Below, piece by piece: positions 43,789 to 53,619 of a stretch of DNA of 64,000 nucleotides. The DNA comes from Acidobacteriota bacterium (GTDB taxonomy: Bacteria; Acidobacteriota; Blastocatellia; RBC074). The stretch is taken from positions 2,532 through 66,531 of the forward strand of contig JADJLO010000035.1 of the NCBI GenBank assembly GCA_016710075.1. Reading direction: 5' to 3'. The notes beneath the pieces were generated by a model that searched no databases, was not told the DNA's origin, and saw only the letters and a list, made by a program, of their open reading frames with translations. Made by a program: the position numbers and the translations under genes. How positions within the stretch are numbered: position 1 is the stretch's first letter; the number at the start of each line of letters is the position of its first letter.

Positions 43789-45837
43789 TCAAAAATACAG
43801 TTTCAGTGCAAACTGCATCTGCCGCGCATCTTCTGCTGCCAGCAACCGTCCGAAATTCGCTGAGCCCAGAACCGAAACCGGCGTCGTGAAATTCGTGCGA
43901 TTGAAAACGTTGAAGCCCTCAACGCGAAATTGCAGCCGCATCGTTTCGGTAAATTTGAAGTTGCGTTGCAACGACACATTCGTGCTGAAATGACCAGGCC
44001 CGCGCAGGTTCGAAAAGGTGCGCGGTGAATTGCCGAAGGTGTATTGCGGCGGTGCCTGGAACGCGGCGGTATTGAACCATTGCAACGACGTTTTCCGTTG
44101 GGTCGCGTCGGCAATCACGGGATCGCCAATCAGATTCGGACGCAAACCACCCACTGCCGCAGTGCTGCCAACAAAGGCCAGGCCTTGCAAGCCATTGCTC
44201 ACCGCCAGAATGTTGAGCGGGAAACCGCCTTGCGCCTGCACAATTGCGTTGACGCCCCAACCGCCTACGATTTGCCCGATCACGCCTTCTTTCAACCAGC
44301 GCCGGTCGTAGCCGAACGGCAGTCGCCACGTCACGTTGCCGATGAAGCGATGCCGCACGTCAAAGGTCGAAAGCCCCTTGTTATCGCGGCGGTTGTAGTA
44401 ATTCTGATAGTTCGGATTCTGAATCGTCGGCCCGGCAGAGATGGACGACACGTCGTCAATCGTCTTCGCGAACGTGTAGCTGCCGTTGAAGAGCAGGCCG
44501 TCGCTGAAGCGCCGCTCGACACGCAGTTGCAGTGAATGATAGGTCGCGTGCGATTCGTTCATGTTGTACGACACGACGTTGCCGAATTGCGGGAACGGGC
44601 GCAGCAATTGTCCCACCGACAGGGTTGCCCGTCCGAGGATCGAAGTCGCTGCCGGACGCTGATCTGCGGGCAACGTCAAAAACGGATTCGCCATCAGCGT
44701 ATTCAGCACCGTCGCGCCCAGCGCCACCGTTTCCGGCGTCAGTTGATTGAGGTCGGTTGGCCCCGAAAGCAAGCCAATACTCGCGCTGCCTGCGTATGCT
44801 GCTTGAACTTTCAAATGCCACGGCAATTCGCGTTGCAAACTCAGATTCCATTGGGCGATTTTCGGCTGGCGAATGTCGCGCACTTTGACCGGCAGCGATT
44901 GTTGCCCGTAGCCGTAAAACGCGCCGGGGAAAGTAGCGGGAACTTGCACGATGCCGTTGGGAAATGGATTGCTCAGGCTCGTGCCGGGCGTCGGTGTGAC
45001 GTTGTCGAGCGAGGCGATGAACGGCGTTTCGCCAATGTCTGATAGCGCGTAGGTCGCCGTCGAAAACCCGCCGCCGGAATTTGACGCATAGAAAATGCCG
45101 CCGCCCGCGCGCAACACTGTCTTGTCATCCAGCTTGAACGCGAGTCCGATGCGCGGCCCCCAATTGTTCAGGTCGCGGTCGAATTGCTCGCGGCTGCTCA
45201 CGCCGTTGCGACCAATCGGAGTGACCGTGCCGCGCATGTTGATCGTGCGCGTGCCGAGGTTCGTGGCGGCGGGAAAGGCTACGGAAAGGCTGCTGACCGG
45301 GAACTGCCCGTTGCGGTCGAAATTCGTCAACCGATTGAAGCGTTCTGTGTTGCCTAAATCCGCTTCCCAGCGCAGCCCCAGATTCAGCGTCAGCCGGTTG
45401 TTGACCTTCCAATCGTCCTGCGCAAAAAAGGCGTAGTACAGATTCTGCACCGCCGGTTGTGGCACAATCGCCAACCGCCCCGCGTTCGGATTGCCGAGCA
45501 GCAACGACGCGACGGCATCGCCCGATTGCGTGTCGTTCGCCGTGCGCGCCGTGAATCCGCGTGTGAAGGTGAAGTTGCCCGCCGGGTCATCAGGCCGATA
45601 GTTGTAGATGCGATAGGCGCGCTGGTTTGCGCCCAGCTTGAACGAATGCGCGCCCTGCAACAGGCTCACATCCTGATTGAGCGTGAAGGTGTCCTGATTA
45701 TTCAGCGCGTTGCCAAAGCCGCGCGTCGGGCCGAGCGTGGTGTAACCCGCCACGGTGGTGCTCGGAAAGACACGTGTATCGCCTGAGGCCTTTCGCCAGA
45801 TACGCCGGAAAGCCGAGCGTGGTGAGATCGAAGCCAT
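43789..45837 (-). CDS. TonB-dependent receptor, C-terminal beta-barrel part
   Basis: Long beta-barrel, ends with C-terminal aromatic ...QFALKLYF. Confidence 0.8.
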   Translation of the reverse strand: MASISPRSAFRRIWRKASGDTRVFPSTTVAGYTTLGPTRGFGNALNNQDTFTLNQDVSLLQGAHSFKLGANQRAYRIYNYRPDDPAGNFTFTRGFTARTANDTQSGDAVASLLLGNPNAGRLAIVPQPAVQNLYYAFFAQDDWKVNNRLTLNLGLRWEADLGNTERFNRLTNFDRNGQFPVSSLSVAFPAATNLGTRTINMRGTVTPIGRNGVSSREQFDRDLNNWGPRIGLAFKLDDKTVLRAGGGIFYASNSGGGFSTATYALSDIGETPFIASLDNVTPTPGTSLSNPFPNGIVQVPATFPGAFYGYGQQSLPVKVRDIRQPKIAQWNLSLQRELPWHLKVQAAYAGSASIGLLSGPTDLNQLTPETVALGATVLNTLMANPFLTLPADQRPAATSILGRATLSVGQLLRPFPQFGNVVSYNMNESHATYHSLQLRVERRFSDGLLFNGSYTFAKTIDDVSSISAGPTIQNPNYQNYYNRRDNKGLSTFDVRHRFIGNVTWRLPFGYDRRWLKEGVIGQIVGGWGVNAIVQAQGGFPLNILAVSNGLQGLAFVGSTAAVGGLRPNLIGDPVIADATQRKTSLQWFNTAAFQAPPQYTFGNSPRTFSNLRGPGHFSTNVSLQRNFKFTETMRLQFRVEGFNVFNRTNFTTPVSVLGSANFGRLLAAEDARQMQFALKLYF

Positions 45838-47410
45838 CCGAGAACTGTGTCACCCGATTATTAAAGCGCGTCACACCCGCGTTGAAATGCGCGACTACGC
45901 GCGGCGAGGCCGTCCAGACGTAATCCAGCACCAGCGACACCGGACGGTTTGTTACAAACGGACCGCCCTGCGTTCCGGCGATGGAGCCAGGAAACGGCCC
46001 GGCGTTCTCAGTGGAATTGAAATCCTTGATGATGCGCCCGTAAACCAGGTGTTTCTGCGAGAGGTTGTAATCCAGCCGCACGACCATCTGATTTTCAGTA
46101 TTGGAAATGGGCGAATTCACGACGTAGTTATTGGTGAAGCCCGCGCGATTTGGCAGCGGATAATAGGCCGCGAGGTTGCGCCCGACGACATTCTGCTGTG
46201 CCCGGGGAATCACGTTGTTCGCAAAAACAATGCGCGATCCGGCGCCGGGCTGCCCGGCAGCCACCAGCGCGCCCGGCACGTAAATCATCCCAACGCGCGC
46301 CGGAATCAAGGCCCCGCTCGTGTCGCGCACATTGACGCCTGTAATCGCCGCGCCGAGCAGTTCAGAAAAATCGCCGTCGCGTTGTTTAAGTGTCGGCACA
46401 TTCGATTGCCGCAACTGCGCCTGCCGCACGCGCAACGCCTCATAGTTGAAAAAGAAAAACAACTTGTCGGATTTCTTCACCGCTGGGCCACCCGTGCCAA
46501 AGCGCGGCAGATAGACGGGGCCACCCAGATTGCCGCCGAATTGGTTGAAGCGGAATTTGCTTTTTTGCAAGCCCGTCTGATTGACGAAAAAATTAGTGGC
46601 ATCCAACGCATCATTGCGCAGAAATTCAAACAGCGTCCCACGCACTTTTGTCCCGCCCGAACGCACCGAAAAGTTGAGCGAGCCGCCGCCCGTGCGCCCG
46701 TATTCCGACGAGTACGAATTGGTGATGATGCGGAATTCCTGAATCGCTTCGGGTGAGGGCCGCAAACTCGGCAGGTTGTCGGCTTTGTTTGTGACCGGCA
46801 CGCCGTCCACCACGATTTCATTCGTCAGCGTGCGTCCGCCATTAATCGAAAGTTCGCCGACGCCGCCTGCGCCTAGACTGGGAATCGCGCTGCGCGATCC
46901 CGGCGAACTGCTGACCCCTGCTTCGAGCTGAGCGAGCTGAAAGACATTGCGCCCGTTCAACGGCAAATCGTCTATCTGTGTCCGTTGCACGACCCCGCCG
47001 AGCGCGCCCGACGCCGTGTCGAGTTGCAATGAGGCTTCGCTGGCGGTCACGGTGATAGTGTCGGTGATGTTCCCGGGTTGCAGCACGATATTTAGCTCAG
47101 CGTTTTGCGCAACAGCCAGCTCAAATCGTTCAAGCTTGTAGCTCTTGAATCCTTGCGCCTGCACTTCCAGCGAGTAGCCGCCAGTTTCCAGGAAAGTGAA
47201 GTTGTATTGGCCATCGCCTCTAACAGCAAAGGTGCGTTTCAGCCCGGTCGAGGCCTGAATCAAAGTCACGGTCGCGCCAGGGGTGACGTTTCCAGTGCCG
47301 TCAGCCACCGTGCCTCTGAGCGTAGCCGTGGCCGTTTGCGCGAAGCCGGCGCTGGTTAAGCCAACCAGCAAGAACAACGTAACAAGGACGAATTTATCCA
47401 GTTTAGACAT
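45698..47410 (-). CDS. TonB-dependent receptor with N-terminal carboxypeptidase-regulatory-like domain, N-terminal part (frameshift ~45700-45840)
   Basis: Signal peptide MSKLDKFVLVTLFLLVGLTSAGFAQTATATLRGTVAD...; plug region DDLPLNGRNVFQLAQLEAGV... Confidence 0.8.
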   Translation of the reverse strand: MSKLDKFVLVTLFLLVGLTSAGFAQTATATLRGTVADGTGNVTPGATVTLIQASTGLKRTFAVRGDGQYNFTFLETGGYSLEVQAQGFKSYKLERFELAVAQNAELNIVLQPGNITDTITVTASEASLQLDTASGALGGVVQRTQIDDLPLNGRNVFQLAQLEAGVSSSPGSRSAIPSLGAGGVGELSINGGRTLTNEIVVDGVPVTNKADNLPSLRPSPEAIQEFRIITNSYSSEYGRTGGGSLNFSVRSGGTKVRGTLFEFLRNDALDATNFFVNQTGLQKSKFRFNQFGGNLGGPVYLPRFGTGGPAVKKSDKLFFFFNYEALRVRQAQLRQSNVPTLKQRDGDFSELLGAAITGVNVRDTSGALIPARVGMIYVPGALVAAGQPGAGSRIVFANNVIPRAQQNVVGRNLAAYYPLPNRAGFTNNYVVNSPISNTENQMVVRLDYNLSQKHLVYGRIIKDFNSTENAGPFPGSIAGTQGGPFVTNRPVSLVLDYVWTASPRVVAHFNAGVTRFNNRVTQFSDGFDLTTLGFPAYLAKGLRRYTCLSEHHRGGLHHARPDARLWQRAE

Positions 47411-47431
47411 GTTGATGGAACCTCCTGAAAC

Positions 47432-48169
47432 CTATATTCGGCTGCGTTGCGCAGCTTTCACGGGGCGACCTTTGCCTCCCCTTAGCGTTGTCGTAGTTTG
47501 GGCGACGGCACGCAAGCGCGCGCGCGTCGTTGGGCGCAAAAGCGCAGCCAGCGCAGCTTTGGTGAACTCTTCGACCATCTGTTCGCGCGTCAACCGGCCA
47601 GCAGAACTGTACCAGCGCGCCAGCCAGTGCAATTGGCCGATCAGATTCTGTGTGGCAATCGTGACATCCAGATCATGTAATTTGCCTTCAGTTTTGAGGC
47701 GCTCAATGATCCCGCGCACGAATTGGTAATAGCGCCGCCGCCGCGCTGCGACTTTACGTAAATCGTCTTTCGCCAACCCATTGCTTTCGTCCAGCAAAAT
47801 GGTCATTTCCATCCCGTTATCAATGATCAATTGCGTATTCAGTGTGATGACGGAACGTAATTGCTGTTCGGCATCCGGCAACAGCGCTGAGGGCGCCATC
47901 ACTCTGTTTTCCAGCAGTTCCAGGCGATAACTCATGATCTTGAAGAGCAGACTCTGTTTGCCATCAATGTAATGATACAAACCGCCCTTCGTGACGCCGA
48001 CCGCATCCGCGATGTCCTGCAACGAGGTCGCGTCATAGCCCTTTTCGTGGATAACGCGCGCGGCGGTTTGGTAAATCAGCAACAGGCGATCATCTTCTCC
48101 CAGCCGCGACAGTTTTATGGGCGCGCCAGTTTTGCCGGCCAAATTGGTTTCCCGCAAGCTCTTCCTCAT
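47432..48169 (-). CDS. TetR-family transcriptional regulator
   Basis: N-terminal HTH ...LLLIYQTAARVIHEKGYDATSLQDIADAVGVTKGGLYHYIDGKQSL. Confidence 0.85.
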   Translation of the reverse strand: MRKSLRETNLAGKTGAPIKLSRLGEDDRLLLIYQTAARVIHEKGYDATSLQDIADAVGVTKGGLYHYIDGKQSLLFKIMSYRLELLENRVMAPSALLPDAEQQLRSVITLNTQLIIDNGMEMTILLDESNGLAKDDLRKVAARRRRYYQFVRGIIERLKTEGKLHDLDVTIATQNLIGQLHWLARWYSSAGRLTREQMVEEFTKAALAALLRPTTRARLRAVAQTTTTLRGGKGRPVKAAQRSRI

Positions 48170-48215
48170 TTCACAGGTTGTTTTGCCGAAGGTGTCTTAA
48201 CTTCATATTTCTACT

Positions 48216-48246
48216 TGTTGGTAGAAAAAACCAACCGGTTGGTAGA
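48216..48246. promoter_or_regulatory. Candidate TetR operator: TTGGTAG-aaaaaa-CCAACCGGTTGG-TAG (12-bp perfect palindrome) just upstream of the TetR gene
   Basis: Perfect palindrome CCAACCGGTTGG at 48231-48242; the whole promoter segment is duplicated at 50400-50545 with two copies of the palindrome. Confidence 0.45.
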
Positions 48247-48356
48247 ATTATACCAAAAAACGAAAGGCGTCAAGCCGGAACCTCGATTGGCAAGGTAACT
48301 CCTATTACTATACCAAGCGCGGGCATAAATTGAGCATTTGAGGAATCTTTCGTAGC

Positions 48357-48611
48357 GTGTTGTTGTCACAAATACTTGTCCGAGGAGACACTCAAATGAC
48401 CAGCTTAGAATTTACCACAGAGGAGATCCAAACTTTGCATCACGTACGCTTTCATCATCCACACCCGCGCGTGCAAGGGAAAGTGGAAGCCCTCTATCTG
48501 CACGCCACGCGCGCGCGATGCAACAATCCGGCCTTGACGCTGCCGGTCGTCAGTTTCTTGCGCCAGGGGCCATTGGCCAGGGTTTCGCCGGTCTGGCGCA
48601 ACGAGGCATAG
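48357..48611 (+). other. Possible remnant of an IS630-family transposase N-terminal HTH (very tentative)
   Basis: ...LEFTTEEIQTLHHVRFHHPHPRVQGKVEALYLHA... resembles IS630 Tnp N-terminus (LTxEExxxL...HPxxRVRxRAxxLLL); truncated after ~55 aa. Confidence 0.2.
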
Positions 48612-48679
48612 CCTGCCAACACCGCCAGCGTGCAAACCAGGCATAGCAAGATTTTAAGCAGTAATTTCATGGCGATCTA

Positions 48680-49969
48680 TCATTGTTGTACACGCGCCAG
48701 ATCAGTGCCGTAACGGCGCGCGGCCAGCCACGCCGGAATGGCGGCAGTGAATCCGATGCAGGCGCAAATCAACAACCCGCGCCACAGGCTTTCGCGGTCG
48801 CCAATTGCACCCGATACCAGTGGCCCTAGTCCCGTGCCGAGCAAATTCAGCGCGAGCAATAAAAACGCCACGGCAGTCGAACGAATGCGTGCGGGCGTCA
48901 AATCCTGCACGGTCGCAAAGACGGGGCCGTACCACATGGTGCTGCCCAGACTCGAAAAGAACCAGCAAACGTAAAACAAATAAAAGGGCGTTTCGGTTGA
49001 GAGCGTATAAAACAGCAGCGTGAACGGCATGAAACACAAAACATTGGCGACGAGAAACCACATGCGCCCGCCGACCCAGCGCCGCTGAAACCAATCGCTG
49101 ACGTACCCGCCCAGGATCGTGCCGAGCATACCGGCGACGGTAAAGATGCTGGCGCTGGTGAAAGCGGCCTGTTGATAGGTAAAGCCGCGTTCGAGGTTGA
49201 GCCACGTCAGCACCATGCTCGAAGCACTGAAGGAGAAGCTGATGATCACGCCCGCCAGAATCGCCAACAACAACGCAGGCATGCGGCGTAAGGTCTGAAA
49301 TAGTTCGCGGTAAATCTCGCGCGTCGTCAATGCTGCTTCGGCTTCGGCTTTGGTATGGAAGGGTTCGGCTCGTTCCGCCGCTTCGGCCTGCCCGCGCTGC
49401 GGATTGCGAATCATCCGCACTAGCGGCACGAGCAACAGCCCCAGCACGCCCAACACGTAAAAGCATGCGCGCCAGCCATAACGCGGCGCGATGTAACCCG
49501 CAATCAGCATGCTCACGCCCGAACCCAACGGCACGCCTGCGTAATAAAACCCCGAAGCGAACGCGCGCTTTTTCGGCGGGAAAACATCGCCTAGCAACGA
49601 GACCGCGGCCGGTGCCAGCGTCGCTTCGCCCACGCCAACGAGCAGGCGCGCCATGGTCAGGTGCAGAAAATTCACCGCCGCGCCCGATGCTGCTGTCAAC
49701 GCGCTCCACAACGCCAGGCCTCCGGCCATCAGGCGCGGGCGATTCATGCGATCTGCCGCGTTGCCCAGCACTATCCCCATCAAGGTATAAAACGCCAGAA
49801 AGATGTAGCCGTACAGCAGCGCAATTTTCGCCAGTGACAGACCCAGCTCCGCCCGCAACAGCGGGGCCAGATAGACGATCAATTGCCGGTCAATAAAGTT
49901 GATGACGTTGAGCAGTGTCAGAAAGAACAACAGCCCATACGCCTTGCGGCTGGAATAGTGATGATCCAT
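48680..49969 (-). CDS. MFS transporter
   Basis: 429 aa, 12 predicted TM, MFS motif GxxADRMNRPRL between TM2-3. Confidence 0.85.
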   Translation of the reverse strand: MDHHYSSRKAYGLLFFLTLLNVINFIDRQLIVYLAPLLRAELGLSLAKIALLYGYIFLAFYTLMGIVLGNAADRMNRPRLMAGGLALWSALTAASGAAVNFLHLTMARLLVGVGEATLAPAAVSLLGDVFPPKKRAFASGFYYAGVPLGSGVSMLIAGYIAPRYGWRACFYVLGVLGLLLVPLVRMIRNPQRGQAEAAERAEPFHTKAEAEAALTTREIYRELFQTLRRMPALLLAILAGVIISFSFSASSMVLTWLNLERGFTYQQAAFTSASIFTVAGMLGTILGGYVSDWFQRRWVGGRMWFLVANVLCFMPFTLLFYTLSTETPFYLFYVCWFFSSLGSTMWYGPVFATVQDLTPARIRSTAVAFLLLALNLLGTGLGPLVSGAIGDRESLWRGLLICACIGFTAAIPAWLAARRYGTDLARVQQ

Positions 49970-50162
49970 AAAGATATTCGATGCAGTTGAGGGAACGGTA
50001 GCGACCTGGCGACTGTGCGTTGTTCACATCCAGAGTCACTGTATCACTTGTATGTTGAGTTCCAACACCGCGCGCTACAACGCGCCGGTGAACTTCCTGG
50101 GGGCACTTGGGAAAGGTGATGGCAGCAATCTGACAGGTCGCTGTCGCCTTTGAGCCTGAGCG

Positions 50163-50402
50163 TTAGATGCAGGCTGCCATCACCAGACGTACTGCCAAGC
50201 TCGGACGGTATCGCATGACTAGACGCAGCGGAGTCCAAGTCTGAATCGGCAAGAACGAAGTCGCGTCATACCCTTTTTCATGAATCGAGGGCGTCGCTGT
50301 TTGATAAATCAGCAAGAGGCGATCATCTTCTCCCAACCGCGACAGTTTAACCGGCGCGCCAGTTTTGCTGGCCCAATTGGTTTCCCGCAATCTCTTCCTC
50401 AT
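50163..50402 (-). pseudogene. Duplicated 5' fragment of the TetR gene (~50 codons) with duplicated promoter/operator (50443-50475)
   Basis: MRKRLRETNWASKTGAPVKLSRLGEDDRLLLIYQTA... vs MRKSLRETNLAGKTGAPIKLSRLGEDDRLLLIYQTA... of 47432-48169; CCAACCGGTTGG at 50443-50454 and 50464-50475. Confidence 0.6.
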
Positions 50403-50679
50403 TTCACAGGTTATTTTGCCGAAGATGTCTTAACTTCATATTCCAACCGGTTGGTAGAAAAAACCAACCGGTTGGAATAATTATACCAAAAGTCCAAAAC
50501 CGTCAAGCCGGAACCTCGATTTGCAAGGTAACGCCTATTACTAAGTGTGCGCCACGCAGGTGGATAGCCCCACGGTCTGGTCAGCGCCGTTCTGAGTCGG
50601 TGGGCAGGCAAAACGCAATACGCCTCCGGGCAGGAAATGATGCCGCTGCGCACGCTGGCGATTGGCCGGGAAAGGACTT

Positions 50680-51480
50680 TTATCCAATTCTAGCCGTTTG
50701 TCCGCCATCCACTGGCAAGATCGCCCCAGTAATAAATTGCGCTTCATCCGACGCCAGAAACAGCGCCGCATACGCCACATCCCAGGCCGTGCCCATTTTG
50801 CCGCGTAAGGGTACCTGCGCATCGCGTTCGCGGATGAGTTGGTCTTCGCTGATCTGCCGTGCGCACGACTGGCCTTTGATTGCCATCGGCGTATGGATCA
50901 AACCCGGCATGATCGCATTCACTCGGATGCCGTATTTGGCGTTGGCCATCGCCAGCCCTTGTGTCAAGGCGTTGACTCCGGCTTTGGAGATTTTGTAGGC
51001 CATCAGCCCAATCGAACAGACGGCAGCCACGGACGAAATGTTGATGATGCAACCGCTGCCTTGTTCTCGCATTACCGGCACAGCTTCGCGGCAAGCGAGA
51101 AACATGCTTTTGAGATTTACGTCCATCACCCTGTCCCACGCCGCTTCGGTCAATTTTGTCAGTCCGGCTTCGCCGACGCCAACGCCGACGCCAACGTTGT
51201 TGTGGAGAATATCTATGCGGCCATAAGTGGCGAGGGCGGTTTCGACGAAGGCGCGGCAAGCGGCGGCGCGCGTGACATCGGCGGCAACGGCGTAGCACTT
51301 GCCGCCTTCGGCTTCGATCATCGTTTGCGTTTCGCGCGCCGAGGCGAGATCACGGTCTACGAGGACGACGCGGGCGCCTTCGCGCGCAAACAGGATGGCC
51401 GTGGCGCGTCCGTTGCCGATAGTATCGCCCGGCATTTGCCCTGCGCCGGTCACGATGGCGACTTTATCCTGAAGCCTCAT
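50680..51480 (-). CDS. Short-chain dehydrogenase/reductase (SDR)
   Basis: Start MRLQDKVAIVTGAGQ...; NNVG...YKISKAG (YxxxK); the ORF-track N-terminal extension is spurious. Confidence 0.85.
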   Translation of the reverse strand: MRLQDKVAIVTGAGQMPGDTIGNGRATAILFAREGARVVLVDRDLASARETQTMIEAEGGKCYAVAADVTRAAACRAFVETALATYGRIDILHNNVGVGVGVGEAGLTKLTEAAWDRVMDVNLKSMFLACREAVPVMREQGSGCIINISSVAAVCSIGLMAYKISKAGVNALTQGLAMANAKYGIRVNAIMPGLIHTPMAIKGQSCARQISEDQLIRERDAQVPLRGKMGTAWDVAYAALFLASDEAQFITGAILPVDGGQTARIG

Positions 51481-52031
51481 GACGGGAATCCTTCCTTGTC
51501 TTCTTCCAATTGCACGCCGATGGAATTCAGCACCAGCGCCAGCATCTGGTATTGGCCGACGGTGAAGAGCAGGTCGAGCATTTGTTGTGTGTGGTAACGC
51601 GCTGTCAGTGCCTGCCAGACAACATCGCTGAGCCGCGCGGCGGCGTGCAATTCGTCCACTGCCCGCAATAGCGTGGCATCGAATGCAGCCCAGTCGGCGG
51701 CTTCCGGCCCTTGCGTGACGCGCAAAATTTCCTCGTCGGTCAGCCCGGCATCCCGACCGATTTGCGAATGCTGGCCCCATTCGTATTCACCACGTTGCAA
51801 CCACGCGATGCGCAGAATCAGCAGTTCACGCTCACGCGCGGGCAGCGAGGATTTGTTGAGCAGATGCCCGCCGAAAACACGCCAGCGTTTGAGCAGTTTC
51901 GGGTGATGCGCGAGCGTCCTGAAAATATTCAGGATGCGGTCGCCCCGTCTGGCCTCCTCCATCAATTCGCGTGTTTCTTCGTCCCATTGCGTTTCGGGCA
52001 GCGGCGCGATGCGCGGCGTTTTCAGTTCCAT
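51477..52031 (-). CDS. Carboxymuconolactone decarboxylase (CMD/AhpD-like) family protein
   Basis: 184 aa; ...ARERELLILRIAWLQRGEYEWGQHSQIG... Confidence 0.65.
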   Translation of the reverse strand: MELKTPRIAPLPETQWDEETRELMEEARRGDRILNIFRTLAHHPKLLKRWRVFGGHLLNKSSLPARERELLILRIAWLQRGEYEWGQHSQIGRDAGLTDEEILRVTQGPEAADWAAFDATLLRAVDELHAAARLSDVVWQALTARYHTQQMLDLLFTVGQYQMLALVLNSIGVQLEEDKEGFPS

Positions 52032-52155
52032 TACATTACCTCCGTGAAAGTGTATTTCTGCTCCTGCGCCTGTTTGAGCAACGCGGCGGGTTCCGACAAT
52101 TTGCCGCTCTCCATCACATACGCGATCTTCTGCGTGTTGCTGATGCTTCGTAGCG

Positions 52156-52300
52156 TCATCGACTCATTAAGGGCACGCGATCGGAAGCGTATTTCTTCGG
52201 CACATGCACCAGGTAGCGGCGCTGTAGTTCGCCGACGGTAATCGTGCGCCACGGCTCAGCGGCCCGATGCGTGGGCGAGACTTTTGCACGCAGCAAAAGG
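52156..52300 (-). pseudogene. Fragment of a paralogous CRTAC1/esterase gene 5' end
   Basis: RTITVGELQRRYLVHVPKKYA and nucleotide match (gcgtatttcttcggcacatgcaccaggtagcggcgctgta) to 41216-41260. Confidence 0.55.
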
Positions 52301-52954
52301 CGTGAACACTTGTTGGGTCCGTTAAAGCAACTGGTTGGGCGGGATGTCGCTACGCTCAAGTGGTCGTGTCCAAGTCAGTGAATAGCGCCATCCGGTACTC
52401 AACGCCTGGAAGCAAACGTTCAGCAGTACGGCATATCTCAGTGTAACTCACTGATGTTACGCATTATTCTTTCTCGCCCATTGAGCCAAGGTTTTCGGAT
52501 CAATTCTATTCCTGAGCCTATCTCTTATGCCTTGTCGAGCCGGATTTGTCTTCGACGATTGGCACCAAACTCAGTGCAACCCGAAATTCAGGCCTAAATA
52601 TCGAAAAGGGTTCTTTGCTTTTGTGTGAGCCCTGGCTCGCGGCTTGATCGTTATGGCTAGTCTAAGAGTGGCCGCCCCTGCGTTAGCTGAAAAAAGTAGC
52701 ATCGAGTAAAAATACTTAAAATGAAAATTACATTCGACAAAAGGACGTTACGCCCGAGCCATCGAGTTGTCCATTATTATTTTCAACTTGTGTCCTACCA
52801 AAATAGAAACGTCCCCTAAGACAAAGAAGGACTAGATCTTTTCGCTTTTGGGGATGCGGGCCAAGTCTGGGGAGACAATCGATCGCGCTCCAATCCGCTG
52901 ATCCTGGCCAACGACAGGTTCGCCTTTGCAATTGAATCAGGCGCGCAGGTCCGC

Positions 52955-53340
52955 GTTCTGATTCCGGCAGTCGAGGGAAGAAAGATCACCGTCTCCGTCG
53001 ATGACATAATCATCGGCAGCACCGCCCCGGGGGCTCCAGCCAGCTTTAAAGTCCCCGCAGGTCAGCACAGAGTCTTCATTGTAAAATGAAGGGGAAGAAT
53101 GGAGAATGGAGAATGGGGAATATCTGTTGAGGTCACAGATGCTTCCCATTCTTCGTTCTACATTCTTCATTCTACATTCTTCATTCTTCCTTCATTCTTC
53201 ATTCTTCAGCATCTCGGCGGGAAGACCGGGATGATCAGGGTTGCAGCCTGAGTCAGCGTCAGTTGATGCAGGTTATGGCCCTGGTTGAAGGCTCCGGATT
53301 GGACATTCGAGTTCTTGTTGAGGTTGATGACCGCCCCGAA
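52955..53340. repeat. ~420-bp direct repeat, copy 2 (orphan GH63 3' fragment + heptamer hairpin 53098-53205 + true 3' end of giant gene)
   Basis: See copy 1 at 37337-37755. Confidence 0.8.
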
Positions 53341-53619
53341 CATTCCGTTTTCAGACAGCGAGTAGAGCTTCATCCATCCGGTGCGGCCCGGCGGAATCGC
53401 CGACTCGAATCGCGGAGCCGTCCTCGGGAAGCTGTTTGAGAGGCTGTTTCTCAACTGGCAGCCTCCGGTGATGTTGAAGCTGTAGCCCTGCTCGACGTCG
53501 TCGTAAAGCAGACCGAAGATCGTGCCCAGAGTCAGACCGCCGGCCGAAAGATTGCCTCCGAAGCGGTTGATTATCAGCATCGTGTCGTTGCCGTCGCCCT
53601 TTGCCGGGAGGTTGTCCAC
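53206..53619 (-). CDS. Giant Gly-rich Pmp/PbH1-like surface protein, C-terminal domain (piece 6 of one ~9.5-kb gene 53206-62781)
   Basis: ...[42 protein letters not shown]; in another frame from 53574-55859, overlap 45 bp. Confidence 0.6.
   Translation of the reverse strand: MDNLPAKGDGNDTMLIINRFGGNLSAGGLTLGTIFGLLYDDVEQGYSFNITGGCQLRNSLSNSFPRTAPRFESAIPPGRTGWMKLYSLSENGMFGAVINLNKNSNVQSGAFNQGHNLHQLTLTQAATLIIPVFPPRC

Noticed and set aside
48702-49709. 335-aa Arg-rich minus-strand ORF
   Set aside because: Alternative frame inside the well-supported MFS transporter gene.
50680-51780. N-terminal 100-aa extension of the SDR ORF (MGPAFANRSGCRADRR...)
   Set aside because: Arg/Ala-rich junk overlapping the CMD gene in another frame. 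The true start is MRLQDKVAIVTGAG at 51480.
52300-52950. AT-rich ORF-less stretch scanned for tRNA, tmRNA, RNase P or integrase att features
   Set aside because: No conserved ncRNA hallmarks recognised by eye. Only a solo copy of the AACTGATGTTACGCA TIR core. Left as unexplained spacer.
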